From Desulfobacterales bacterium (GTDB lineage Bacteria > Desulfobacterota > Desulfobulbia > Desulfobulbales > JAJRZW01): a stretch of DNA of 43,649 nt. The notes beneath the pieces are model-generated. The model was not told the DNA's origin. It was given only the letters and a program-made list of their open reading frames with translations, and ran no database searches. Of the stretch, positions 10,427 through 20,147 are shown piece after piece. Made by a program: the position numbers and the translations under genes. Position 1 is the first letter of the stretch; every line of letters starts with the position of its first letter. The DNA lies in the NCBI GenBank assembly GCA_026993265.1, contig JALWTY010000226.1, positions 1 to 43,649 of the forward strand. Direction: 5' to 3'.

Positions 10427-11824
10427 CTACAGGGGGCGGATGTGGATCTGGCGTTTGTCGCGGTCGAAATGGATCTCCACCTTGTGCTCGGCCGCGATCA
10501 GGGTGCGGATGGCCGGGCCGATGCGCACCGTCACCCCGGGGTAGGCGGTGCCGTGGACGAAGACCGAGGCCCCGACCGCCTGGTCCAGCTCGGCCTCGAT
10601 CCCGCTCATCAGCTCCTGAATACGGTTGACCCGTTCCATGAGCTTGGGCAGGGCGCTGTTGTACTTCTGGAGAAGCTCCCGTTTTTCGGCCGGGAACTCC
10701 GCCCCGGCCTCCTTCTGCAGCTTCTGCAGGCCGGTTACGGTCTTGAGGGTGTCGTTCAGGCGGCCGGACCAGAGGGCGAGCTCCTCTTCCACCCGGTCCT
10801 TGCGGGCGGCGAGCTCGGGTTTGAGCCCCACGGTGACGTCGGTTGCAACCTCGGCGTCGCTGCCGAGATCCAGGAGATGGACACTGCCGCCGGCCACGGT
10901 CTCGCCGCCGATGATCGCGCCCTTTTCCTCTCCCCTGACATCGCCCGCCACCCTGGCCCGGCACTGGAGCAGATAAGCGCTGACCAGCAGGTCCCCCCTG
11001 GTCTCGAGCAGGGGGCCGTTTTCAGCGAACTCTATGCTCAGATCGCCGATGGCGCGGACCACCGCCTCCTCGCCGACGATACCGCCGCTGACCTCCACCT
11101 TTCCCCCGGCCATGACCAGGGCGTTGTTGACCCCGCGGCCGATCTTCACATCCCCCCTGCACTTGACCTCGAAACCAGGCAGGACCTCGCCCTTGATCTC
11201 GAGCCGCTCGCCGCCGAAGAGGAGGTTGCCCGACTCCACGTCCACGTCGCCCGAGTGGATGTGCTCGGCATAGACTCCGGGCCGGCCGTCCACCATCATG
11301 AACTTGCCGTTGATGGCGGCCACGGCCCGCATTCCGTCCTCGTCAATCTCGATCCCCGGCCCTTTTGCCAGCTTGCAGTCCTTGCCCGGCTTCGGCGGAA
11401 TCTCCTCGCCCAGCACGTTCCTGCCGGGCTTGCCGGAAGTGGGCGGCACCTTTTCCATCAAAAGCCGCCCGCGGTTGACGTTGACGATTGTCCCCAGGGA
11501 ACGGAAATCAGCCGCGCCGGTTTCCGGATCTATTTTCGGTTTCTTCACCACCGAGGCGGGGACGTGCATGACGATGCGGCCGTTCTCGCCGTTGACCGGT
11601 TTTTCCCCCCTGGCCACGGCAAAGACATGGCCGCCAAGATCCTCGGGCCTGTCCAGGAGACCGTACACCACCCCGGCCTCCCGCACATCGCGGAAGAGCT
11701 GGGCCATGTCCACGGCCTTGAGGCCGAGGTCGTCCTTGGCGATGAGGTGAGCCTCCATCTTGTCCCGCGATACCTTGAGAACGAACCGGCCGCCGAATAT
11801 GGACACCCCCTTGCTCTGGACCAT
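10427..11824 (-). CDS. FapA/DUF342 family protein (flagellar-assembly-protein-A-like), paralog 1
   Basis: ATG 11824 is preceded by GGAGGAG; track start 11893 is an upstream extension. Central beta-helix-type repeats read GDVDVESGNLLFGGERLEIKGEVLPGFEVKCRGDVKIGRGVNNALVMAGGKVEVSGGIV. A glycine-rich IIGGETVAGG segment and a C-terminal coiled coil follow. This is the typical DUF342 architecture. Confidence 0.8.
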   Translation of the reverse strand: MVQSKGVSIFGGRFVLKVSRDKMEAHLIAKDDLGLKAVDMAQLFRDVREAGVVYGLLDRPEDLGGHVFAVARGEKPVNGENGRIVMHVPASVVKKPKIDPETGAADFRSLGTIVNVNRGRLLMEKVPPTSGKPGRNVLGEEIPPKPGKDCKLAKGPGIEIDEDGMRAVAAINGKFMMVDGRPGVYAEHIHSGDVDVESGNLLFGGERLEIKGEVLPGFEVKCRGDVKIGRGVNNALVMAGGKVEVSGGIVGEEAVVRAIGDLSIEFAENGPLLETRGDLLVSAYLLQCRARVAGDVRGEEKGAIIGGETVAGGSVHLLDLGSDAEVATDVTVGLKPELAARKDRVEEELALWSGRLNDTLKTVTGLQKLQKEAGAEFPAEKRELLQKYNSALPKLMERVNRIQELMSGIEAELDQAVGASVFVHGTAYPGVTVRIGPAIRTLIAAEHKVEIHFDRDKRQIHIRPL

Positions 11825-11883
11825 GCTCCTCCTGCCTTCACGGGAAAGTTTGCCAGGCCGTCGAAAACGATGGCCCCGTAAAC

Positions 11884-11910
11884 GTATCGGCAAAAAACCT
11901 GCCGGGTTGA
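11884..11910 (-). promoter_or_regulatory. sigma28 (FliA)-like promoter candidate upstream of FapA paralog 1
   Basis: The minus strand reads TCAA-15 nt-GCCGATAC, versus the consensus TAAA-N15-GCCGATAA. It lies in the 97-nt gap between the K+ channel stop and the FapA start. Motif match only. Confidence 0.3.
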
Positions 11911-11921
11911 AACGCCGCCGG

Positions 11922-12929
11922 TCACCGTTCCAGGCGCAGTTCCCCGGCCAGGGCCTCGATATTGCTCACATCGCCGAGCACCACGAGGATGTCGCCGCCG
12001 TTGATCACCGTGCCTGGCGTGGGGTTGAAGCGCATTTCCCCGTCCCTGGACTTGATCGCCACCACGATCAGGTTGTGCTCGCGCCTGATCCCCGAATCTA
12101 TCAGGGTCTTGCCGGCGCAGGGGGCGTCGTCGGGAACCGACAGTTCCTCTAGCCGCAGGCCCAGTTCCCCGCCCTGGATGGCGAGATCGACGAAATCGAC
12201 CACCGTGGGCCGCACCACCTCCTGGGCCATGCGGGTGGCGCCGATCTCGTAAGGGGAAAAGACCCGGTTGGCGCCGGCGCGGATGAGCTTTTTCTCAGCC
12301 CCCTCGGCCCCGCTGGAGCGGGCTATTATAAAAAGCTCCGGCCGCATGCCGCGGGCGGTGAGGGTGATATAGACCGTATCCGCGTCGGTGGAGACCACGG
12401 CGATGAGCCCGCGGGCCCGTTCGATCCCGGCCGCAGTCAGGGTGTCCTCGTCCGCGGCCTCGCCTTCCAGGGCGAGGTAACCCATACCGGCTATCCGGTC
12501 CACCAGTTCCGCCTTCTTCTCGATGACCACGAAGGGCTTGCGGTTCTCCGCCAGAATCTTGCAGATCACCTGGCCGATGCGGCCGAACCCGCAGACGATG
12601 TAATGGTCACGCAGTCTCGCCACCTCTTTTTTCATCCTCAACCTCCCGAGGGTGGCCTGCAGCCCCCCTTCGACTATCGCTTCGGTTATCCGGCTGAACA
12701 GATACAGAACAAAACCCACCCCGACAAAAATCAGCAGGATGGTAAACAGCCTGCCGCCGGTTCCGAGAGCAAAGGTTTCGCCGAAACCGACGGTGGATAT
12801 GGTGATGACAGTCATGTACAGGGCGTCGATGAAGGACGCACGGCTTGTAAGCATGAACCCTGCGGTGCCAAAGGCGATGAGCAGGATGAGCAGCAATACG
12901 CTGGTCAGGATTTCCCGGTATCTGGTCAT
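11922..12929 (-). CDS. two-TM potassium channel with cytoplasmic RCK (TrkA-N/TrkA-C) domain, MthK/Kch-like
   Basis: Selectivity filter TISTVGFGE between two hydrophobic helices. Rossmann motif IVCGFGRIGQ. C-terminal TrkA-C-like region (GKTLIDSGIRREHNLIVVAIKR..GDILVVLG). Confidence 0.9.
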   Translation of the reverse strand: MTRYREILTSVLLLILLIAFGTAGFMLTSRASFIDALYMTVITISTVGFGETFALGTGGRLFTILLIFVGVGFVLYLFSRITEAIVEGGLQATLGRLRMKKEVARLRDHYIVCGFGRIGQVICKILAENRKPFVVIEKKAELVDRIAGMGYLALEGEAADEDTLTAAGIERARGLIAVVSTDADTVYITLTARGMRPELFIIARSSGAEGAEKKLIRAGANRVFSPYEIGATRMAQEVVRPTVVDFVDLAIQGGELGLRLEELSVPDDAPCAGKTLIDSGIRREHNLIVVAIKSRDGEMRFNPTPGTVINGGDILVVLGDVSNIEALAGELRLER

Positions 12930-13155
12930 AAAAATTCCGTGAAGCTCCCTCTCCCACTGGCAAACGCGAGCCGGAAAACAATGTGCGGCCGTTTCCCGGC
13001 AGCAGGCTGCCGGTTTCTCCTATTATTGCCGCAACAGCAGCCGGGTGGCAAAACATTCTTGCCTTCTCCCCGCAGGCGCCCGGCCTTTTCCTGCCACGGA
13101 CAGGCGAAGCCGTGATAGAATCCGGGAAGGCACGAAAAAAAACTTACGCACAGAG

Positions 13156-14913
13156 ATGCCGGACGGCGACAAGACAAAAAAGAATCCTCCATCCACCGAT
13201 CCCCTGGCGCGGCTCGTGGCCGAAAGGGCCGCGGCCATGAAAGCAGACCAGCAGCTTTCCCCGGACCGGACCTTCACCCGGATGCGGCTTCCCGGCGAAC
13301 TTGATTTCCCCCTGACCACCAAAATAGTCGAACATTGCCTGCTATCGGCCTTTTCCATAACCATGCCCCGGGCGGCAAGGGCCCAGCTGAAACTGGGAGT
13401 GGAAACAGAGTTCGAGGACCACACCATTCCCGAGCTGCCGCCGCGCAAGGTGCGGATAGTCCCGGCCGGGGAGCCCGGCGTCTGCGAGGTCACCGGGGCC
13501 GCGCCGGAACACGGCCGTGACTCCCGCGCCGTAGTAAAATTCAACTGGCGCAAACGCTCAGGCCGGATCAAGCCGGACGGAACCATCGACTGGAAAGACA
13601 TAAACAGCGTGCCCAACGTCCAGGAAGGCGATCTGCTCGCCGAGATCCACGACCGGACCACCGGCCGTCCAGGGGTGGACGTATACGGCCGCGCCCTGAA
13701 ACCGAAACCGGGCAAACGCCACCCGGTCCGCTGGATGAAGGGCCGAATCTTCTCCCGCAGGGACGAGGAGGCCAATATGTACCGGCTGTTCGCCGCCTGC
13801 TCCGGGGTGGTGCGCTTCGAGTTCCGCGTCCCCGGCGATCCCGCCACCCTGCAAAGCCTGGAAATCGCCGACCGCCTGACCATCAACGGCGACATCGACT
13901 ACGACTACGGCGACCTGAAAAGCGCCGCCAGCCTCGATATACGGGGCAGCCTGAGGGGCGCCTTCTCGCTAAGGTCCGAAGGCCATGTCCATGTGAAAGG
14001 CGCGATAGAGGGCAAGGAGATCGAGGCGGAAAACATAAGCGCCGAACTCATAACCAACGGATGCCGGGTATACGCCAGAAAAGATGTCGAGGCCGGATCG
14101 CTCGCCAACTGCGAGGTCACGGCAGGACAGGTGTGCGTGGCGATGAACGCCTCGTCCTCGGAGATACGGGCCCGCGACCGGGTCGTGTTCAAACGGGACT
14201 GCGCCATAATGGCCGTTAGGATATGGGCCAACTCGGTCCTCCTCGAGCAGACCGTTTTCAGCGGCCGCGTCGAGATCCGCCTGGGCGACGAGATCTTCAC
14301 CCAGGCAGACGCCGCAACCGCAAGGATGCGCGAGTACGAAACAGTGTTCGGAAAGCAGGCGGAAGAAACCAGGGAGGCGGCCCGCGACATCCTCTCCCAC
14401 TGCCTGGGCCTGGAAAAGACGATTCGCGGCTTCCGGCCGGAAACGGTGCCGGCGCGGCTGTTCGCCAAGCTCAGGGAGATGCTGGCGGACGCGTTCAGCA
14501 ACATGCAGCCCATAAGCGATCTGGTGATCTCCATTGCCTACGAGCTGCAGGACGTGCTCGGCGACCACGGCCTGCCCCGCGGCGCCCTGAAAAAGGTGGA
14601 CCTGGTGGTCACCCGGATCAGGAACTACAACAACCTCTACCTGGCCTTTGCCGAACGGCGGGAGATGATCGAAAGGGAACGCCGGCGCCTTGCGGAGCTG
14701 AGGGAGATGACCGGAAAGCTGCAGGCGGAGTTCGACCAGGCCGTGCCGATGAACGCAAACGCCGAGATGAGAATCCGCTGCGGCGACTCCATGCTGGTGA
14801 TCGAGGGCGGGGAGTTCCCCGGGGGCCGCTTCACCGTAACCTACCACCTGCCGGACGACGCCGAAGACCTCCGCCACGGCGAACTGCGGACCGCTCCTTA
14901 CGCGAAAGCCTGA
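13156..14913 (+). CDS. FapA/DUF342 family protein, paralog 2 (longer, with C-terminal coiled coil)
   Basis: ATG 13156; the track ORF begins at 13045 and the start is uncertain. Carries G-P-G..DV.G (TGRPGVDVYGRALKPKPGK). The repeat core is INGDIDYDYGDLKSAASLDIRGSLRG..HVHVKGAIEGKEIEAENISAELITNGCRVYARKDVEAGSLANCEVTAG. Ends in a coiled-coil tail (ERERRRLAELREMTGKLQAEF). Confidence 0.7.
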   Translation: MPDGDKTKKNPPSTDPLARLVAERAAAMKADQQLSPDRTFTRMRLPGELDFPLTTKIVEHCLLSAFSITMPRAARAQLKLGVETEFEDHTIPELPPRKVRIVPAGEPGVCEVTGAAPEHGRDSRAVVKFNWRKRSGRIKPDGTIDWKDINSVPNVQEGDLLAEIHDRTTGRPGVDVYGRALKPKPGKRHPVRWMKGRIFSRRDEEANMYRLFAACSGVVRFEFRVPGDPATLQSLEIADRLTINGDIDYDYGDLKSAASLDIRGSLRGAFSLRSEGHVHVKGAIEGKEIEAENISAELITNGCRVYARKDVEAGSLANCEVTAGQVCVAMNASSSEIRARDRVVFKRDCAIMAVRIWANSVLLEQTVFSGRVEIRLGDEIFTQADAATARMREYETVFGKQAEETREAARDILSHCLGLEKTIRGFRPETVPARLFAKLREMLADAFSNMQPISDLVISIAYELQDVLGDHGLPRGALKKVDLVVTRIRNYNNLYLAFAERREMIERERRRLAELREMTGKLQAEFDQAVPMNANAEMRIRCGDSMLVIEGGEFPGGRFTVTYHLPDDAEDLRHGELRTAPYAKA

Positions 14914-14922
14914 TCCCCCGTC

Positions 14923-15396
14923 TTACTTGTCCGCGCTCCGGTCGCGGCGGGAGAGGATGGCGAGCGAGACGGAAAGCACCAGGATTATCCCCACGTTCAC
15001 CCCCATCTCGGCCAAAACCGGCCACTGTTCCTCCCACTGTTTCACCGTGCCCGCGAGCCGCGCCAGGGCGGAGTGCTCCGCCTCGAGCAGGAGTATGCGC
15101 CGGATGGAGGAGATGATGCCGATATAGAGGAAGGGGTTCAGGGTGAAGGGTTCGCGCCGCAGGAACCTGACAATCGGCCACATCAGCTCCATGATGATCA
15201 GCACCAGAAGAACCTCGTTGAGGATATGGAGGAGCGAGGCGGTATCAGGGTGCAGGAACCCGGCCATGGCCCGCACCAGTATGAAGGCCGCGCACACGAG
15301 CAGGGTCACGGCCACGAGGAAGTGCATGAGATCATCGGCCACTATCAGGAACTGCCGCAGGATCTTGACGTTCAGTATGTAGGGTTTTTTCTCCAT
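14923..15396 (-). CDS. PsiE-family (phosphate-starvation-inducible E-like) inner-membrane protein
   Basis: 157 aa with four hydrophobic segments. The region LIIMELMWPIVRFLRREPFTLNPFLYIGIISSIRRILL resembles the conserved PsiE core (YFEFIALIVKYF..FPLRYFVYIGITAIVRLII in E. coli). Confidence 0.65.
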   Translation of the reverse strand: MEKKPYILNVKILRQFLIVADDLMHFLVAVTLLVCAAFILVRAMAGFLHPDTASLLHILNEVLLVLIIMELMWPIVRFLRREPFTLNPFLYIGIISSIRRILLLEAEHSALARLAGTVKQWEEQWPVLAEMGVNVGIILVLSVSLAILSRRDRSADK

Positions 15397-15555
15397 GTCC
15401 CGGCCCGTTTTTCCTTTGCCTTATATACCACACCGTGGTACGTTTGTACGCAAGCGCCGTCAGAGTGGCGGTCTCGCGATTCAGTATTGCCGCAACTCTC
15501 CATTTTTGCAAGGCAGGGAAGGTTCATCCACAAACGGGCTCCTTTTTATGACAAA

Positions 15556-15930
15556 TTGGAAAAAGAAGAATTCCTCAAGGCCAGGAACAGGCTGAAAAAA
15601 ACCCAGCGTCAGCTCGCTGAACTGCTTGGCATCTCCATCAAGGCGGTGCATAGTTATGAGCAGGGGTGGAGAAAGATCCCGGCTCACGTGGAGAGGCAGA
15701 TCTTTTTTCTGCTCTCCCGCCACCGGGCCGACGAAAAGGACATGAAACCCTGCTGGGTCATCAAAAAGTGTCCAAAGGAAAGACGGATGCGCTGCCCGGC
15801 TTGGGAGTTTCACGCCGGCAAGCTCTGCTGGTTCATCAACGGCACCATCTGCGAATGCAAGGCCCATAAGAACTGGCAGGAAAAGATGAAGATCTGCCGG
15901 TCCTGCGAGGTTCTCTCCTCCCTCCTGTAG
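15556..15930 (+). CDS. small XRE-type helix-turn-helix regulator fused to an 8-Cys C-terminal domain with two Cys-Trp motifs (possibly a 'two-CW' type domain)
   Basis: HTH: RLKKTQRQLAELLGISIKAVHSYEQGWRKIP. Cys-rich tail: CWVIKKCPKERRMRCPAWEFHAGKLCWFINGTICECKAHKNWQEKMKICRSC. The start is unresolved. There is no in-frame ATG, and the candidates TTG 15556 and TTG 15487 have no good Shine-Dalgarno. An out-of-frame ATG sits at 15548. Confidence 0.65.
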   Translation: MEKEEFLKARNRLKKTQRQLAELLGISIKAVHSYEQGWRKIPAHVERQIFFLLSRHRADEKDMKPCWVIKKCPKERRMRCPAWEFHAGKLCWFINGTICECKAHKNWQEKMKICRSCEVLSSLL

Positions 15931-15970
15931 CAGCCCGTTGAAAAACGTAACAGCCCGTTGAAAAACGTAG
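15931..15970. repeat. perfectly adjacent 20-bp tandem direct repeat (2 units, 19/20 identical)
   Basis: CAGCCCGTTGAAAAACGTAA (15931-15950) followed by CAGCCCGTTGAAAAACGTAG (15951-15970). It starts on the nucleotide after the regulator stop codon. Each unit contains the mini-hairpin CGTT-GAAA-AACG. Confidence 0.9.
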
Positions 15971-16155
15971 CGAGCGCAGATGAGGCAAGGCGCAAACCGG
16001 CGGAGCTGCGCTGTTTGAGTGAATGAGCATTTCGGGCCGGCTTGCGGCGCTGGCCACGACGCCCCTTCCGGGCGCGGGCACCGGCGGTTTTCCGGCGGCC
16101 CGCAGGTTCCGCTCCGGACCGGCCGGTGAAACCATCCCCCTGCAAGGTACACATC

Positions 16156-17433
16156 ATGAGCGACAGAGACAAAAAACTCGATTTTTCCACCAGGGTCATC
16201 CACGAATGCCTCACCCCCGGGGAATGGGAGGGCGCGACCATGCCGCCGATCTACCAGACCGCCTCCCACCGCCACCCCACCGCCGAAAGCCTGAGCGACA
16301 CCTTTGGCGGCAGAAGCGCAGACCACATCTACATGCGCCTCACCAACCCCACCAACCGGGTCCTGGAAGAGAAACTCGCGGCCCTGGAGGGCGGCGCCGG
16401 CGCGGTGGCGATGGCGAGCGGCATGGCCGCGGTCACCAACGCCTGCATGGCGCTTTTGCGGGCCGGGGACGAGTTCGTCTGCACCCGCTCGCTGTTCATG
16501 AGCACCTACATCCTCTTTGCCAACGTATTCGCCAAGTACGGCATCAGGGCGGTGATGGTGGACGGCCCGGAACCGGAAAAAATCGCCGCGGCCATGAGCG
16601 AAAAGACCAGGTTCGTCTATCTCGAGACCATCGGCAACCCGATGATGGACGTGCCCGACTTCGGCGCCGTGGCCGAGACGGCTCACCGCCACGGGGTCCC
16701 GCTCCTGGTGGACAATACCCTGGCCTCGCCCTGGCTCTGCCGCCCCATCGAGCACGGGGCCGACGTGGTCATCCACTCCACCACCAAGTACATCTCCGGC
16801 CACGGCCAGGCCTGCGGCGGGGTGGTTATCGACAGCGGCCGGTTCGACTGGACGAACGGCCGCTTCCCGGACATGGCCCCCTTCGTGGACCGCAAGGGCG
16901 AGCTCGCCTACCTCGACCGGGTCTGGCGCGAGCACCACATAAACTTCGGCACCACCATGGCCCCGCTGCACGCCTACCTCGCCTTCATCGGCCTCGACAC
17001 CCTGGCCCTGCGCATGGAGCGCCACCAGGAGAACGCCATGAAGGTGGCCCGTTTCCTAGCCTCCCGGCCCGAGGTCAGGTGGGTCAACTACCCCGGCCTC
17101 GACGAAAGCCCCAGCCACGCCACCGCGAAAAGGATGTTCGGCGGCCGCGGCTACGGCGGGCTCCTCACCTTCGGGCTCGCGGACCGCGACCAGTGCTTCC
17201 GCTTCATAGACGGCCTGGAGCTGGTCTACCACCTGGCCAACCTGGGTGACTGCAAGAGCCTGGTCATCCACCCGGCCAGTTCCCAGTACCTGTCGTTCCC
17301 GCCCGAGATCCGGGAGAAACTGGCCATAACCGACGACCTCGTGCGGCTGTCGGTTGGGATCGAGGCGGCGGACGACATCATCGCCGACCTCGCCCAGGCC
17401 CTCGACAGGCTGCAGGACCGATGCGGCTCGTAA
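16156..17433 (+). CDS. metY: O-acetylhomoserine aminocarboxypropyltransferase/sulfhydrylase (PLP-dependent)
   Basis: ATG 16156; track start 16042 is an upstream extension. Cys/Met-metabolism PLP family motifs: RLTNPT, AMASGMAA, VVIHSTTKYISGHG (Lys for PLP), and GDCKSLVIHPASS near the C-terminus. Confidence 0.9.
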   Translation: MSDRDKKLDFSTRVIHECLTPGEWEGATMPPIYQTASHRHPTAESLSDTFGGRSADHIYMRLTNPTNRVLEEKLAALEGGAGAVAMASGMAAVTNACMALLRAGDEFVCTRSLFMSTYILFANVFAKYGIRAVMVDGPEPEKIAAAMSEKTRFVYLETIGNPMMDVPDFGAVAETAHRHGVPLLVDNTLASPWLCRPIEHGADVVIHSTTKYISGHGQACGGVVIDSGRFDWTNGRFPDMAPFVDRKGELAYLDRVWREHHINFGTTMAPLHAYLAFIGLDTLALRMERHQENAMKVARFLASRPEVRWVNYPGLDESPSHATAKRMFGGRGYGGLLTFGLADRDQCFRFIDGLELVYHLANLGDCKSLVIHPASSQYLSFPPEIREKLAITDDLVRLSVGIEAADDIIADLAQALDRLQDRCGS

Positions 17434-18560
17434 GCGAAAAGAAGTTCCTCACCATTGACGACGGCATCGAACTTGACTGCGGCAGCCGTCTTGCGCCCCT
17501 GACCATCGCCTACGAGACCCTGGGCGAGCTCTCCCCGGCGCGGGACAACGCGGTGCTGGTCTGCCACGCCCTTTCCGGCGACTCCCACGTGGCCGGTTTC
17601 TTCCCGGACGATCCCGAGGACGCCCGCCCCGGCTGGTGGGACATCATGGTCGGCCCGGGCCGGCCCATCGACACCGGCCGTTACTTTGTCATCTGCTCAA
17701 ACGTAATCGGCGGCTGCCAGGGATCCACCGGGCCGTCGTCCGAAAACCCGGCCACCGGCCGCCCCTACGGCCTCGATTTTCCGGTGGTGACCATCCACGA
17801 CATGGTCCGGGTCCAGAAACGGCTCATCGATCACCTGGGGATAAAACGGCTGCTCGCGGTCGTCGGCGGGTCGCTCGGCGGCATGCAGGCCCTGGAGTGG
17901 AGCCTCACCTACCCGGACATGATGGACTGCGCCATTCCGCTGGCCACCACCATGCGCCACTCGGCCCTGGCCATCGCCTTCAACGAGATCGCCCGCCAGG
18001 CGATCATGGCCGATCCAGCCTGGAGGCGGGGCGATTACTACGGCGCCGCGACTCCGGCCACCGGTCTGGCCGTGGCCCGGATGATAGGTCATGTCACCTA
18101 CCTGTCCGACACCGCGCTGAGGCAGAAGTTCGGCCGCAGGCTCCAGAACCGGCAGGATTTCTCATTTGACTTCGGGGTGGACTTCCAGGTGGAGAGTTAT
18201 CTCCGCTACCAGGGCAGCAAGTTCGTCAACCGTTTCGACGCCAACTCCTTCCTCTACATCACCAAGGCGGCCGACTACTTCGACATCTGCCAGCGCCACG
18301 GCCAGGGCTCGGGCGTAAAGGCCTTTTCAAAGGCCAGGACCAGGTATCTAGTGGTATCGTTCACCTCGGACTGGCTCTATCCCACGGCCGAGGCGAAAGA
18401 GATGGTCAAGGCGATGAAGAAGAACACCCTGGAGGTGAGCTTCTGCGAGATAAAGGCCGACTGCGGCCATGACGCCTTTCTCCTGCCCAACCCGAGGCTC
18501 GCGGAACTGGTGGCCGGTTTTCTCGACTCGGTCGCCAAAGAGCGCGGAAAGCAGAAATAA
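17421..18560 (+). CDS. metX: homoserine O-acetyltransferase
   Basis: Alpha/beta-hydrolase MetX signature: NAVLVCHALSGDSH, FVICSNVIGGCQGSTGP, nucleophile elbow VVGGSLGGMQALEW, and C-terminal SDWLYP..GHDAFL. Overlaps the metY stop by 13 nt. Confidence 0.9.
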   Translation: MRLVSEKKFLTIDDGIELDCGSRLAPLTIAYETLGELSPARDNAVLVCHALSGDSHVAGFFPDDPEDARPGWWDIMVGPGRPIDTGRYFVICSNVIGGCQGSTGPSSENPATGRPYGLDFPVVTIHDMVRVQKRLIDHLGIKRLLAVVGGSLGGMQALEWSLTYPDMMDCAIPLATTMRHSALAIAFNEIARQAIMADPAWRRGDYYGAATPATGLAVARMIGHVTYLSDTALRQKFGRRLQNRQDFSFDFGVDFQVESYLRYQGSKFVNRFDANSFLYITKAADYFDICQRHGQGSGVKAFSKARTRYLVVSFTSDWLYPTAEAKEMVKAMKKNTLEVSFCEIKADCGHDAFLLPNPRLAELVAGFLDSVAKERGKQK

Positions 18561-19159
18561 TGCGGTACGATCTCAAGGTAATATCGTCGTGGATAAGGCC
18601 GGGCAGCCGGGTGATGGATCTCGGCTGCGGCGACGGCGAACTGCTCGAGCACCTCGAAAGGAACCTCGGGGTGCAGGGGTTCGGCATCGAGGAGAGCGAG
18701 GACAAGGTGGCGGCCTGCGTCACCCGGGGGCTGAACGTGCTCCAGGGCGACATCAACACCGAGATCCTCGACTACCCGGACGACTCCTTCGACTACATCA
18801 TCGTCAGCCAGACCCTGCAGCAGATCTACCGGCCCGGCGTCCTGCTCGACAACATCATGCGCAAGGGAAAAAAGGCGGTGGTGAGTTTCCCCAACTTCAG
18901 CCACTGGACCATGCGGCTGGGGCTGCTCCTCACCGGCGGCGCGCCCAAGAACCCGCAGCTTCCCTACGAATGGCACGACTCCCCCAACATCCGGGTCATC
19001 ACCATCAAGGATTTCCGCCGCTTTGTGAAAAGCCGCGGGTTTGTTATCCTGAAAGAGGCCAACATCAACACCGCGAGAAAAGACCTGAGCGGGAAGCTTG
19101 TCAGGTTCCTGCCCAACCTGAGGGCGACTTACGGAATTTTCAAAATAGGACGGCGGTGA
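18560..19159 (+). CDS. metW: methionine biosynthesis protein MetW
   Basis: 199 aa. Has the conserved MetW N-terminus (DL..I..WI..GSRV.DLGCGDG.LL) and sits directly behind metX with a TAATG overlap. Confidence 0.9.
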   Translation: MRYDLKVISSWIRPGSRVMDLGCGDGELLEHLERNLGVQGFGIEESEDKVAACVTRGLNVLQGDINTEILDYPDDSFDYIIVSQTLQQIYRPGVLLDNIMRKGKKAVVSFPNFSHWTMRLGLLLTGGAPKNPQLPYEWHDSPNIRVITIKDFRRFVKSRGFVILKEANINTARKDLSGKLVRFLPNLRATYGIFKIGRR

Positions 19160-19175
19160 TTCCCCGGACGGATAA

Positions 19176-20143
<968 letters not shown>

Positions 20144-20147
<4 letters not shown>

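Noticed and set aside
13046-13063. sigma54-like TGGCA...TTGC motif upstream of FapA paralog 2
   Set aside because: The spacing between GG and GC is 12 nt instead of the required 10 nt, so it does not fit the -24/-12 geometry. It is more simply a GGCAA/TTGCC inverted repeat.
15931-15970. Possible CRISPR or other repeat array
   Set aside because: There are only two units, directly abutting with no spacers, and no cas genes in the window. It is treated as a simple tandem duplication or operator candidate.
15971-16155. Possible SAM-I, SAM-II or SAH riboswitch in the metY leader
   Set aside because: The conserved core sequences I know for these classes are not present. I kept the region only as an unexplained structured leader, not as a riboswitch call.
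16042-16155. N-terminal extensions offered by the ORF track: metY from 16042, the MCP from 4504, FapA-2 from 13045, FapA-1 to 11893, and the porin-like gene to 43529
   Set aside because: The extensions are Arg/Pro-rich and lack similarity to the family N-termini. Downstream starts with Shine-Dalgarno sequences give canonical N-termini or signal peptides.
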